Source of the DNA: Parasynechococcus marenigrum WH 8102
GTDB lineage: Bacteria; Cyanobacteriota; Cyanobacteriia; PCC-6307; Cyanobiaceae
DNA: 32,000 nt
Assembly: GCF_000195975.1 (NCBI RefSeq)
Contig: NC_005070.1
Coordinates: 450,001-482,000, forward strand
Reading direction: 5' to 3'
The position numbers and the translations under genes are program-made. The notes under the pieces are model-generated. The model searched no databases. It saw only the letters and a list, made by a program, of their open reading frames with translations, and was not told where the DNA came from. Of this stretch, positions 9,689-18,795 are shown one piece after another (position 1 is the first letter of the stretch; each line of letters starts with the position of its first letter).

Positions 9689-10461
9689 CTAGTAATCTTT
9701 CACTAATTGTTCCTTCTGCATTTTGTTCTGGGGATCAAGCAACCTCATTTTTAGTCAATCTTTGTACTTATGATCATTTGCTTGGGGATATTATTGTTGT
9801 AGATTTCAAAAGTTCATCCGAATTTCTTGACATCATATCTAAACACTCCAAGGTAAATATCCTTCAACAATCTGAATCTACAGGAATATATGGAGCTTGG
9901 CAACTAGGTCTCGCTAAGATTACTTCAACTCACGTTTGCTTTGCTGGCATAGATGATTGTTTAAACCCTTTGTTTATTTCTGCGTTTCTTCAGTCGGATG
10001 GTAAAGATACCACTACAACCATCTATTATGGAGATAAAGTTCTTATTAAAGATGACAAGCATATTCTGGTCCGCTCTCCTAAAGTTTCTTCTTTAGCTCA
10101 TTATTCGTTTGTATCATGTGATGTACCGATACCAGGTCTTATTTTCCCTAGGTTTCCACCGAGTTATATTGATTTGAGATTTCAGCTGGCTGCTGACATG
10201 AATCTCTTGCTTTTACTTCTTCGTCAGCGAAATTTTAATTTATCTTATTTACACTTCGTTCAAGTTAATCAGAACTTTGATGGATTGAGTAATTCCTTCA
10301 AGTCGGTTCCAATCTACTTGCGAGAATGGCGTCTCATCGAATACCTTCATTCTGTAAAAATTAACTATTTTACGAAACTGTATTTTTACTTTATGATTTT
10401 ATCCAAACGATTTTATCTTTTTAACTTCTTTAAAAGAATAAAGCGTCATGTCCTCTGTTAA
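9685..10461 (+). CDS. Divergent GT2-like glycosyltransferase
   Basis: LSLIVPS...IIVVDFKSS...GIYGAWQLGLAKITSTHVCFAGIDDCL resembles the GIYDAMNKG...DD signature of small GT2 enzymes. ATGA overlap upstream. Confidence 0.55.
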   Translation: MTSNLSLIVPSAFCSGDQATSFLVNLCTYDHLLGDIIVVDFKSSSEFLDIISKHSKVNILQQSESTGIYGAWQLGLAKITSTHVCFAGIDDCLNPLFISAFLQSDGKDTTTTIYYGDKVLIKDDKHILVRSPKVSSLAHYSFVSCDVPIPGLIFPRFPPSYIDLRFQLAADMNLLLLLLRQRNFNLSYLHFVQVNQNFDGLSNSFKSVPIYLREWRLIEYLHSVKINYFTKLYFYFMILSKRFYLFNFFKRIKRHVLC

Positions 10462-11476
10462 TTCTAAATCACTTTCAGTATATCATCTCATACCAACTAA
10501 CCAGTATGGTGGAGTTGAAGTTGCCGCAAAGCTTTCATTTTCACAACTAAACCGTTCAATTGATTACAATTTAATTTTTTTAAATTACAAACAATCAGAC
10601 TCAATATCATTCTCACATCATCACAGTCTTTGGGATTTTCTTCTTAAAGCGTTAACTGGAAATCGTCTGATTCTCATAGTTTCGTTATGGCCATCTTATT
10701 TTGTATCTCAATTCTTTCTACTATTTCCTAATATTCAAGTCATCCCTTTTTATCACAATTCAAAATTCGCGCATTGGAGAGACAAACTCTTTTCTTTATT
10801 AGTTTTATTTCAATCCAAATATTGTTTTGTAGATTCTAATAAAACAAATTCTTTTATTTCATCTTTTCGAAAAATTAAATCCTTTGTTATTCCTTATGAG
10901 TTTCCTTTCCCCAACACTATTACCCCAAAGCCTTTTTTCTGTCGAAAATTTGATTTGATTTTTATTGGCAGATTTGCTCCCCAAAAAAGGTTCGACTTGG
11001 TTCGCCCTTTCTTAATCTCATTGTCTCGTTGCTTATCGCATAAATTAAGCATTGCAATAGTGTTTGCATCTTCACCATTCGATGAAGTCTCTTCCTTTCG
11101 TGATCAATTGGCATCTCTTGCTAATATTTCGGTATCTTATAGCTTCAACATAACCAATGTCGAGGTTTTACAACTATTGACTAATTCAAAGGTATTTGTA
11201 TTGCTTTCGGATTACGAAGGATATTCAATGACGTTGTCTGAAGCCATAAGAGCTGGTTGTATTTGCATGGTTAGAGATTTATATAATTATAGTACTAATT
11301 TTGCTACCTCTAATCAATCTTTTAACCTCGATTACAGTTCTGGTTCCTTCTCTGATTCTGACTTGATTCCACTCGTGTCTTACCTATCAAATCGATCAAT
11401 ACCTCCAGTTTTCAGAACTCCTTTTGACGATGTGTCATATGTATCGAGCCTTTGTAGTGCATTACTTTCGTTATGA
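10448..11476 (+). CDS. GT-B fold glycosyltransferase (GT4-like)
   Basis: FIGRFAPQKRFDL and the E-x7-E motif EGYSMTLSEAIRAG. 14-nt overlap upstream. Confidence 0.7.
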   Translation: MSSVNSKSLSVYHLIPTNQYGGVEVAAKLSFSQLNRSIDYNLIFLNYKQSDSISFSHHHSLWDFLLKALTGNRLILIVSLWPSYFVSQFFLLFPNIQVIPFYHNSKFAHWRDKLFSLLVLFQSKYCFVDSNKTNSFISSFRKIKSFVIPYEFPFPNTITPKPFFCRKFDLIFIGRFAPQKRFDLVRPFLISLSRCLSHKLSIAIVFASSPFDEVSSFRDQLASLANISVSYSFNITNVEVLQLLTNSKVFVLLSDYEGYSMTLSEAIRAGCICMVRDLYNYSTNFATSNQSFNLDYSSGSFSDSDLIPLVSYLSNRSIPPVFRTPFDDVSYVSSLCSALLSL

Positions 11477-12735
11477 CAAACCTCCTTTATATTCTTCCAC
11501 TTTATGCTATTCCTTTTGGGTATTTATTCATCCCTTTTGGTCACCTTCCTTTGTGGCTTTTGAGCTGTCTTCCTTTGCTTCATAAGCCTTTCGCAAGGAT
11601 CAATAATAAGACTATTTCCTTATTCTTATTACTTATACCATTGTATTCTTTACTTCTTTCATTCTTAGGTTCTAAATATATTCCTCTTGGACATCTCCTC
11701 GCCTTGTTTACACCTTTCTTTTACTTTTCGGTTTATAACTTTCTCATTAGAAAGCTTTCTTTGCATCGTGTTGTAATTATTTTGTCTAACTGTTTTTTGA
11801 TTGCAATCTTGATTCTTTTTATAGATATATTTTTACCTTCTGAGCTACTCAGCTCTCCTTATATAGTCGGGTTCTCTGGATTAGGCTCAAATTCGTTCCC
11901 TCAAAATAGATTTGCTGGCTCCTTTACGGAGCCGGGACACTTTGGTGTTTTACTCAATTTCCTTCAACCTTTCTTTTTTTATAGACGAATTAATCGTCCG
12001 TTCTTTAAATTTTTTGCATTTGGTGTTCCGCTACTTGTACTCAATACAATCGGATCAGCTCCATCCTTTTTGTGCTCCCTACTCTGCAGCTTTATATTTC
12101 TTTTTCCTGAGTTTTCTTCCAAGACTTTAGTAAACTTTTCGACAAGTGCTAGTTCTTTATTTAAACTTAAATTGGCTAAAACATCTGTCTTTTTGTTGAT
12201 ATCATTTCCACTTACTTTGTATTTCCTTGGTTTGTCCTCTAGATATATAGGTTATTTCTCGGCGTTGATATCTGGTACTTCTACTGGCGATATTCTGTCA
12301 GCAGGTAATCGTGCTGCACGTGTTAGATACGTTTTAGGCGAGATTTGGCAGTATCCTTTTGGTTCCGGTATTGCACCAAATTGGAAGGTTAATCAACTGG
12401 GAGGGGAGGTTACACTTGATAGGGCAACTGGTGATGTTTTTGCAGTGAATGTCGACTCTTCGATTTCTAGTCCAATTGATTTGGCTTGGTTTGCTGGCAT
12501 TCCTTTTCTATTAATTTCCATTTTTTTTATTGTAAAATCTATTTTTCATACAATTAAATTTATTTCTCTGTGTCAAGATTCTAGTATCAGATTACTTCTA
12601 TTAACTGCTTTATGGTCATTCGTCTCCATGATTTTTAGATTTAGTTTTGTTAATAACTACTACTTTCCATTTTTGGTGTTTTCTCTGTCCTTTTTAATGG
12701 CTGTTAATTCATCTATTGTAAAAGCCCATGATTGA
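11473..12735 (+). CDS. Wzy-type O-antigen polymerase / O-antigen ligase-family membrane protein
   Basis: 420 aa, about 10 or more hydrophobic segments. NRFAGSFTEPGHFGVLLNF resembles the Wzy_C R..G.f..pN motif, and there is a large loop at 290-330. ATGA overlap upstream. Confidence 0.7.
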   Translation: MTNLLYILPLYAIPFGYLFIPFGHLPLWLLSCLPLLHKPFARINNKTISLFLLLIPLYSLLLSFLGSKYIPLGHLLALFTPFFYFSVYNFLIRKLSLHRVVIILSNCFLIAILILFIDIFLPSELLSSPYIVGFSGLGSNSFPQNRFAGSFTEPGHFGVLLNFLQPFFFYRRINRPFFKFFAFGVPLLVLNTIGSAPSFLCSLLCSFIFLFPEFSSKTLVNFSTSASSLFKLKLAKTSVFLLISFPLTLYFLGLSSRYIGYFSALISGTSTGDILSAGNRAARVRYVLGEIWQYPFGSGIAPNWKVNQLGGEVTLDRATGDVFAVNVDSSISSPIDLAWFAGIPFLLISIFFIVKSIFHTIKFISLCQDSSIRLLLLTALWSFVSMIFRFSFVNNYYFPFLVFSLSFLMAVNSSIVKAHD

Positions 12736-13843
12736 TCTCTATTTTTATATATCAAGGGCTAACATATATGCCGGTGCGCAAAAGTTTTTTGACGATTTTG
12801 TGCACTATGTCGATACTAGTCACAGTTCTCGTTTTTATTGTCGTGGCATTTGGAGTCTTTCTTCTTCAATTAATTTTTCAAGGACTCTTCGCTTTAATAA
12901 ACGTATAACCTTTTTTGATTCACTCTCTATTTTTGTTCGTTCTCTTGTCTTATCAAAAAATTCTGATATTCATTTTTCATCCTCATTCCTTGCTGGCTTT
13001 TTAGTTTCTTTGGTTTCTTTGCTGCTACGAAAGAAGCATGTCTATATAGTTCATGGTGTTTTGTCCTCACGAGTACGTCGAAATAGTATTATTTACTATT
13101 TTTACCTTTTTTTCGATTGGCTTCTTTTTCTTGTTGCAAGAAATCTTGTTTTTATCGCTCCCTGTGATTATTACTACGCTCATAATCTTCCATTTGTTCA
13201 GTCTAAAGTTAAATCTATTCTTATAAACAATTCTATTTCACCATTAGGTTCTGACTTTGTTTATCCTTTCACTTCATTGTCCTCGTACTTAGCTACTCAC
13301 GACATTATTCTTCCCTCATCAGTTACTTGTAACTTGTGCATGACTGCGAGGTTCGAATCTCAGAAAAGTCAACCGGTATTGGTGGAGTCTATTAAGAGTT
13401 TGCCTTTTATCTCGGTATGTTTTTTCGGTGATGGTAAAAGTATTGATGTTGCAAAAAAATTAGCTGGTAGATATCAACTTCTAGACAGAGTTTTTTTCTT
13501 GGGTCATGTTGATTCTCCATATTTGTATTATAATCTTTTTGATTTATTTGTACTTGTTTCACGTTGGGAATCCATGCCATTTTCTTTAATCGAAGCTTTG
13601 AGGTCGGGTCTTCCTTTTGTATCATCTAACGTTGGCTCATGTGATTATCTTTCCGATAGTGGCAAATGTGGTGAAGTTTTAAAATATACAACTCCGGATT
13701 GCCTTGCGGATCTTTTGTTGCACCTTTCCCAGTCAAAGGATAAGCTTTCTTTGATGTCGCGATCTGCTGTAGATTTCTTTTGTCGTGAATTATCTTCATC
13801 CGCTAATTACGATAAAATTATTGCTTTTTTTGACACCCTATAG
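12728..13843 (+). CDS. Glycosyltransferase family 4 (GT-B)
   Basis: ARFESQKSQ...FFGDGKS...LFVLVSRWESMPFSLIEALRSGLPFVSSNVG (E-x7-E). 8-nt overlap upstream. Confidence 0.8.
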   Translation: MIDLYFYISRANIYAGAQKFFDDFVHYVDTSHSSRFYCRGIWSLSSSINFSRTLRFNKRITFFDSLSIFVRSLVLSKNSDIHFSSSFLAGFLVSLVSLLLRKKHVYIVHGVLSSRVRRNSIIYYFYLFFDWLLFLVARNLVFIAPCDYYYAHNLPFVQSKVKSILINNSISPLGSDFVYPFTSLSSYLATHDIILPSSVTCNLCMTARFESQKSQPVLVESIKSLPFISVCFFGDGKSIDVAKKLAGRYQLLDRVFFLGHVDSPYLYYNLFDLFVLVSRWESMPFSLIEALRSGLPFVSSNVGSCDYLSDSGKCGEVLKYTTPDCLADLLLHLSQSKDKLSLMSRSAVDFFCRELSSSANYDKIIAFFDTL

Positions 13844-13849
13844 CTTCCT

Positions 13850-14791
13850 ATGTCTCTTGGGTTTGTCGTTTCTGGTTCTTCCGGTTTTATTGGTTCTGCC
13901 TTTTGCCGCTATATTGAGTCTTTAGGTGACAGAGTTCTCCGCCTTACACGTTCAACGAGGTGTATAGATGGTAACTCCATATCATACTCTGAGTTTCTTG
14001 CTGGAAGTTCAACCAAAGTCAAAAACTTCGAGCCTGATATTTTTGTTAATTGTTCTGCTATTGCACATAAGATTGTTGGTTTGTCTCGCTCTCGTTATAC
14101 AGAGGCCCAGATCTTTGATGTCAATTCAAGGCTTCCAGTGACACTCGCTAAGGTTTGTGAGTCGTATATGTTTAAACGTTACATATTTCTCAGTTCTGTT
14201 GGTGTACATGGCTCGTCGTCAAGTGTTCCACTTACTGAAACTTCTCCTTACTTGCCGGAGAACATATATTCAGCTAGCAAGATCGTCGCAGAATGTTCAC
14301 TTCGTGAGTTTGCTTACACTTCTCCTCTGGATTTAGTTATTCTACGCCCGACACTTGTCTATGGCCCAGGCTGTCCCGGAAATCTTTCATTTTTAAAGCA
14401 GTTAATTGATATTGGTTTTCCTCTTCCTCTTAAAGGTGTTTTCAATATGAGGAGTTTTCTCTATCTTGATAATCTTCTCGACGCTTTACATTTTCTCTCT
14501 TTGCACTCCAATTCATCGGGTCACTCTTTTCTGATTTCTGACAGCGAGATCATTTCTAGCGCTTGCTTGTCTGCGACTATTTGTGAACTTCGTGATTCAA
14601 GATCTATGTTTTTACCCCTTCCTCCACTTCTCGTTAGTAGCTTGTCTCGTTTTCGGCCCTTTTCTCGTTTTTACGAGAAGCTTTCATGTGATCTTTTTGT
14701 TGATACTACTAAATTAGTTGATCAATTTAACTGGGTCCAGCCTTTTTCGCAGTCTGAAGGTCTAGCTCGTTCCTTTTCGATTAATTCTTGA
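13850..14791 (+). CDS. NAD(P)-dependent sugar epimerase/4-keto reductase (extended SDR; WbpK/WbpV-like position)
   Basis: VSGSSGFIGSAF glycine-rich loop and YSASKIVAE (YxxxK). It sits directly before the wbpL-like and wbpM-like genes, as in many O-antigen loci. Confidence 0.75.
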   Translation: MSLGFVVSGSSGFIGSAFCRYIESLGDRVLRLTRSTRCIDGNSISYSEFLAGSSTKVKNFEPDIFVNCSAIAHKIVGLSRSRYTEAQIFDVNSRLPVTLAKVCESYMFKRYIFLSSVGVHGSSSSVPLTETSPYLPENIYSASKIVAECSLREFAYTSPLDLVILRPTLVYGPGCPGNLSFLKQLIDIGFPLPLKGVFNMRSFLYLDNLLDALHFLSLHSNSSGHSFLISDSEIISSACLSATICELRDSRSMFLPLPPLLVSSLSRFRPFSRFYEKLSCDLFVDTTKLVDQFNWVQPFSQSEGLARSFSINS

Positions 14792-14816
14792 ATATTTACC
14801 ATTTTATGGTTATAAT
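14788..14816 (+). promoter_or_regulatory. Sigma70-like promoter candidate TTGAAT-N17-TATAAT upstream of the initiating transferase gene
   Basis: TTGAAT at 14788-14793 and TATAAT at 14811-14816 with exactly 17-nt spacing, about 87 nt upstream of ATG 14903. The AT-rich context makes chance matches likely. Confidence 0.3.
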
Positions 14817-14902
14817 ATATTTGAATAGCGCCTAGCTCTTCTTGCTGACTCCTTTTATTTGCTTCGCCTCTCAGCTTTGTCCTATGCTTCATCGATAACT
14901 CT

Positions 14903-15883
14903 ATGTTTATTAGTTTTTTTTGCTATTTTGTTGCTGGCTTCTTTGTTGCTTATTATTTATTGAGACGCCTAGTTCCGCTTCTTGTTTGTTGTTCTGTAGA
15001 TTTGCCTAATAATCGCAGTAGCCATTCTGTTCCCACGCCCCGTGGTGGCGGTATTTCCTTTGTTTTTGTATCGTCTTTTGCGGCTATTGTGTTTCTTTTA
15101 TTGCCTGGTAGCGAGCTCTCCCAAGTGCAATTTATTGCTGCTCCCTTGGTTTCGTTGCCATTGGCTTGTGTTGGTTTTCTAGATGATCGGCATAACCTTC
15201 CGGCATCCTGGCGTTATGGCGTACAGCTTGCCACCGCATTGATCATTGTCATTTTAAGTCCTCTAGCGACTAATTCTGTTGGGGTGCTTCCTCTCATTTC
15301 GTTGTTCTTTTTCATTGCCATAACTGCAGTAATCAACTTCACCAACTTCATGGATGGCTTGGATGGCCTTGTGGCTGGTTGTATGGTTCTGACCATCACT
15401 TCGGCTGCCATCCAGCTTGCGGCTCCATCGCCCATTTGGTCCTTGGTGGGTGCCTTGCTGGGCTTCCTGCTCTGGAATTGGAGCCCCGCCAAGGTGTTCA
15501 TGGGCGATGTGGGCAGCACCTTTCTGGGTGCCGTTTTTTCTTTGCTTGTGCTTCAGTCATCTACCTGGTCTGAAGCGCTCGCCTTGCTGCTTGTGGCTAC
15601 TCCGCTTATGGGCGATGCCTTCCTTTGCGTACTGCGGCGACTGATGGACGGGCAGCGGGTGTTTCAACCTCACCGTTTGCATCTGTTTCAGCGCTTGCAT
15701 CAGGCAGGCTGGCCACATGCCCGCGTCTCCAGCTTCTACATCGCAGCCACCGCTGTGCTTGCCATTGCTCTCCTGTGCGGGGGCTTACCTTGGGTAATTA
15801 TTTTGGCTGCCCTTGAGTTGTTGTTGGGCATCTGGTTGGATCAACGTGTGGCTGTTCCCTTTGTTGTGGCATCTCGCTCTTGA
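14903..15883 (+). CDS. Polyprenyl-phosphate HexNAc-1-phosphate transferase (WecA/WbpL/MraY family), initiating enzyme
   Basis: NNRSSHSVPTPRGGG, FLDD, NFMDGLDGL and FMGDVGS motifs with multiple TM segments. The 5' ~450 nt are AT-rich and the 3' part is host-like in GC. Confidence 0.85.
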   Translation: MFISFFCYFVAGFFVAYYLLRRLVPLLVCCSVDLPNNRSSHSVPTPRGGGISFVFVSSFAAIVFLLLPGSELSQVQFIAAPLVSLPLACVGFLDDRHNLPASWRYGVQLATALIIVILSPLATNSVGVLPLISLFFFIAITAVINFTNFMDGLDGLVAGCMVLTITSAAIQLAAPSPIWSLVGALLGFLLWNWSPAKVFMGDVGSTFLGAVFSLLVLQSSTWSEALALLLVATPLMGDAFLCVLRRLMDGQRVFQPHRLHLFQRLHQAGWPHARVSSFYIAATAVLAIALLCGGLPWVIILAALELLLGIWLDQRVAVPFVVASRS

Positions 15884-17796
15884 AACCAGAGTTGTCTCTT
15901 TTCTACTCCCTAGAAGTCGCTGAACGAGCTGTTCGTTTTCCGCCCAAGGCCCGTCGTCTATTGCTGATCGGCATCGACGCTCTGCTGCTGCCTTTGGCTG
16001 TTTGGCTCAGCTTTTGGCTGCGGTTGGCTCATCCGTTTCATCCCAATTTTCAGTCTGCCGGTCTGTGGTTACTACCAGCGGTTTTGCTGGTTGGTCTGCC
16101 TCTTTATGCCTTTACCGGGCAATACAAGGGCCTCACCCGCTATGTAGGCAGTCGTGTCGTTTACCGCCTCGCTGGCCGCAATGGGTTGTTTGTGCTGCTG
16201 TTGGCGGCCACGGGCCTGATGCTGCGTTTGCCAATGCCGCCACGCAGCAGTTGGATTCTGCTTTGGTTGTTGCTCACTGGTTTCACCGGAGTAGTGCGCT
16301 TTGCCCTGCGTGACCTACTCCTGTCGCTGCGTTCGGTGAGCCAAAGGCAGATGATGCGTGTGGCCATATATGGCGCCGGTGAGGCCGGTGCCCAGCTCGC
16401 CGCTGCCCTGCGCCTGGCGGGCAACCACCAGATCATCACCTTTCTCGATGATGCGCCGAGTCTCTGGCGGCGCACGATCAACGACATTCCGATCCGGCCG
16501 CCCCAGGTGCTGAGTGAGATCCAGGATCAGGTCGATCAGGTGTTGTTGGCGATCCCTTCGCTGCCCCGCAGTGAACGCCGCCGAATCGTCGCTGAGTTGC
16601 AACGCCAGGCGATCCCGGTGTTGCAGATCCCCTCGGTCGATGACCTCACCTCCGGCAGGGCCCGCATCGATGCACTCCGCCCCGTCGCCATTGAAGACCT
16701 GCTCGGCCGTGATCCTGTGCCGCCCGTGCCGGAGCTTCTCGGCCCTGGCCTGCGTGATGTGGTGGTGTGCGTCACCGGCGCCGGCGGCTCGATCGGCTCC
16801 GAGCTCTGTCGTCAGATCCTGCAGCTGAGCCCAAGGGTCTTGATACTTCTTGAGAGCAGTGAACCGTCGCTCTATGCCGTGGAGACGGAGCTGCGCCAGC
16901 AGCTGCCCGCATCGGTTGAGCTGTTTCCAGTGCTCGGCAGTGCCGCCGATCCGGCGCTGGTGCAACGGACTTTTGCAGGCCACGGCGTGCAGACCGTGTT
17001 CCATGCCGCCGCTTACAAGCACGTTCCTCTGGTGGAAGCCAACCCGCTGGCAGGTCTGGCCAACAACATGGGTTCCACTCGAGTGGTCTGCCAGGCCGCT
17101 GTTGCCTCTGGAGTGACCGAACTGGTACTGAACTCGACCGACAAAGCGGTGCGTCCCACCAATGTGATGGGCGCCAGCAAGCGTCTAGCGGAGCTTGTTG
17201 TGCAGGCCTCAGCACTAGAGCTGTCCCAAATCCCCCAGTCCGCGGGCCAGCCCCGCACACGATTTGCCATGGTGCGCTTCGGCAACGTGCTGGGCTCGTC
17301 GGGGTCAGTGGTGCCCCTGTTCCGGAAACAGATTGCTGCTGGTGGGCCGATCACACTTACCCATCCCGAGATCATTCGTTATTTTATGACGATCCCGGAG
17401 GCCGCACAACTGGTTCTGCAGGCTGCCACCCTTGCTGAGGGAGGTGATGTGTTCCTGTTGGATATGGGTGAACCGGTGCGCATTAAAGACTTGGCTGAGC
17501 AGATGGTGCGCCTCAGCGGTTTGTCGCTGCGTAATGCACACAATCCCAACGGCGATATTGAAATCGTTTGCACAGGACTGAGGCCAGGCGAGAAGTTGTA
17601 CGAGGAGCTGTTGATCGAAGCTGAATCGCAGACCACAGATCACCCTTTGATTTTTAGAGCAACTGAGCGCTCAATTCACCCAAGAGACCTTTGGCCTCGA
17701 TTGGATCAACTTGAGGAAGCTCTCAAAATTCAAAATAAAGAGAAATCACTGGAGATACTTTCTGAACTTGTCCCCGAGTGGAAAAAAGCTCAGTAA
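15880..17796 (+). CDS. Membrane-anchored nucleotide-sugar 4,6-dehydratase (CapD/WbpM/PglF family)
   Basis: 638 aa. N-terminal TM helices, then two Rossmann-like regions (IYGAGEAG... and VTGAGGSIGSEL), YKHVPLVE, and STDKAVRPTNVMGASKRLAE. The TTG start overlaps the upstream stop (TTGA), so the start is uncertain. Confidence 0.85.
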   Translation: MKPELSLFYSLEVAERAVRFPPKARRLLLIGIDALLLPLAVWLSFWLRLAHPFHPNFQSAGLWLLPAVLLVGLPLYAFTGQYKGLTRYVGSRVVYRLAGRNGLFVLLLAATGLMLRLPMPPRSSWILLWLLLTGFTGVVRFALRDLLLSLRSVSQRQMMRVAIYGAGEAGAQLAAALRLAGNHQIITFLDDAPSLWRRTINDIPIRPPQVLSEIQDQVDQVLLAIPSLPRSERRRIVAELQRQAIPVLQIPSVDDLTSGRARIDALRPVAIEDLLGRDPVPPVPELLGPGLRDVVVCVTGAGGSIGSELCRQILQLSPRVLILLESSEPSLYAVETELRQQLPASVELFPVLGSAADPALVQRTFAGHGVQTVFHAAAYKHVPLVEANPLAGLANNMGSTRVVCQAAVASGVTELVLNSTDKAVRPTNVMGASKRLAELVVQASALELSQIPQSAGQPRTRFAMVRFGNVLGSSGSVVPLFRKQIAAGGPITLTHPEIIRYFMTIPEAAQLVLQAATLAEGGDVFLLDMGEPVRIKDLAEQMVRLSGLSLRNAHNPNGDIEIVCTGLRPGEKLYEELLIEAESQTTDHPLIFRATERSIHPRDLWPRLDQLEEALKIQNKEKSLEILSELVPEWKKAQ

Positions 17797-17912
17797 TAAC
17801 GTATTGATTTGGTATGTGAGTTTTTTATGCCTAACTTTAGTCAATGGCCTTTTGTCTGAATATGAATCTCTCAGTTGGGGAGGCTTTTATAGTTGATTAG
17901 CTTGAGTGGAAT

Positions 17913-18272
<360 letters not shown>

Positions 18273-18302
18273 TTAAGCATGACGTGAATGGTGGCGGTGT
18301 GG

Positions 18303-18316
18303 GTAGCCCCTGTAAC
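18303..18316 (-). promoter_or_regulatory. Imperfect NtcA-type site GTA-N8-AAC in the glnB/queF divergent intergenic region
   Basis: GTAgcccctgtAAC (consensus GTA-N8-TAC, one half-site mismatch) lies 52-65 nt upstream of the glnB ATG. A TAATTT -10-like hexamer follows about 27 nt downstream on the glnB strand, which is longer than the usual ~22 nt. Confidence 0.25.
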
Positions 18317-18384
18317 CGAATGAGTGCCTTCGCCTTCTAGCGTTCTGGCAACTCTTGGCTTGACGCCTTTCTTCTCTCGGCTCC

Positions 18385-18786
18385 ATGACGGATCAGCTGA
18401 CCCAAACCCCCCTCTACGGCGAGCGTGCCATTGCTGAAGCCGAGCTGATTTGCTTCGACAATCCCCGGCCAGGCAGGCCCTATGAGGTGTCGATTGAGCT
18501 GCCGGAATTCACCTGCAAGTGCCCGTTCTCCAGCTACCCCGATTTCGCGGTGCTGCGTCTGATTTACCAACCCGGACCCCGCGTGGTGGAGCTCAAGGCG
18601 ATCAAGCTCTACGTCAACAGCTACCGCGACCAGTCGATCTCCCATGAGGAGGTGACCAACCGCATCCTGGATGACCTAGTTGCGGCAACGGATCCGGTCT
18701 GGATGCAGCTTGAGGCGGATTTCAACCCCCGCGGCAATGTCCACACCGTGGTGCGGGTGAGCCATGGCACTCGTCAGCCTTGCTGA
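18385..18786 (+). CDS. queF: NADPH-dependent 7-cyano-7-deazaguanine (preQ0) reductase
   Basis: 133 aa of the unimodular QueF type: [23 protein letters not shown] (catalytic Cys context) and the ISHEE motif. Confidence 0.92.
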   Translation: MTDQLTQTPLYGERAIAEAELICFDNPRPGRPYEVSIELPEFTCKCPFSSYPDFAVLRLIYQPGPRVVELKAIKLYVNSYRDQSISHEEVTNRILDDLVAATDPVWMQLEADFNPRGNVHTVVRVSHGTRQPC

Positions 18787-18795
18787 GTTTGCGCT

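Larger units (their letters stand above)
3400..15350. other. AT-rich (about 33-40% GC by eye) glycan-gene cassette embedded in a 52-60% GC context; a candidate horizontally exchanged O-antigen/capsule-type island
   Basis: Row-by-row base composition falls from ~52% to ~38-42% around 3400-3550 (inside neuC). It climbs back from ~40-45% to >55-60% around 15180-15420 (inside the wbpL-like gene). The coding strand is strongly T-rich, and genes overlap by 4-14 nt. Confidence 0.7.

Noticed and set aside
11912-12130. 72-aa alternative-frame ORF inside the wzy-like gene, and minus-strand ORFs at 6594-6863 and 13407-13625 in the cassette
   Set aside because: They are embedded in longer, motif-supported + strand genes that belong to an overlapping operon. 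No independent signals support them.
15214-17643. Many 60-235-aa ORFs on both strands inside the wbpL-like and wbpM-like genes (e.g. 16315-17022, 16772-17260, 17013-17375)
   Set aside because: They overlap genes with strong family motifs. Their products are Arg/Pro/Gln/Ser-rich low-complexity strings typical of off-frame or antisense readings of GC-rich coding DNA. None shows a recognisable motif.
17797-17912. Searched the convergent wbpM/glnB spacer (and the gaps at 5134-5311, 6371-6474 and 26157-26305) for tRNA, small RNA or a bidirectional terminator
   Set aside because: I could find no cloverleaf-compatible arms, no convincing stem followed by a T-run, and no repeats by eye. The 61-aa ORF at 17711-17896 overlaps the wbpM 3' end and looks random.
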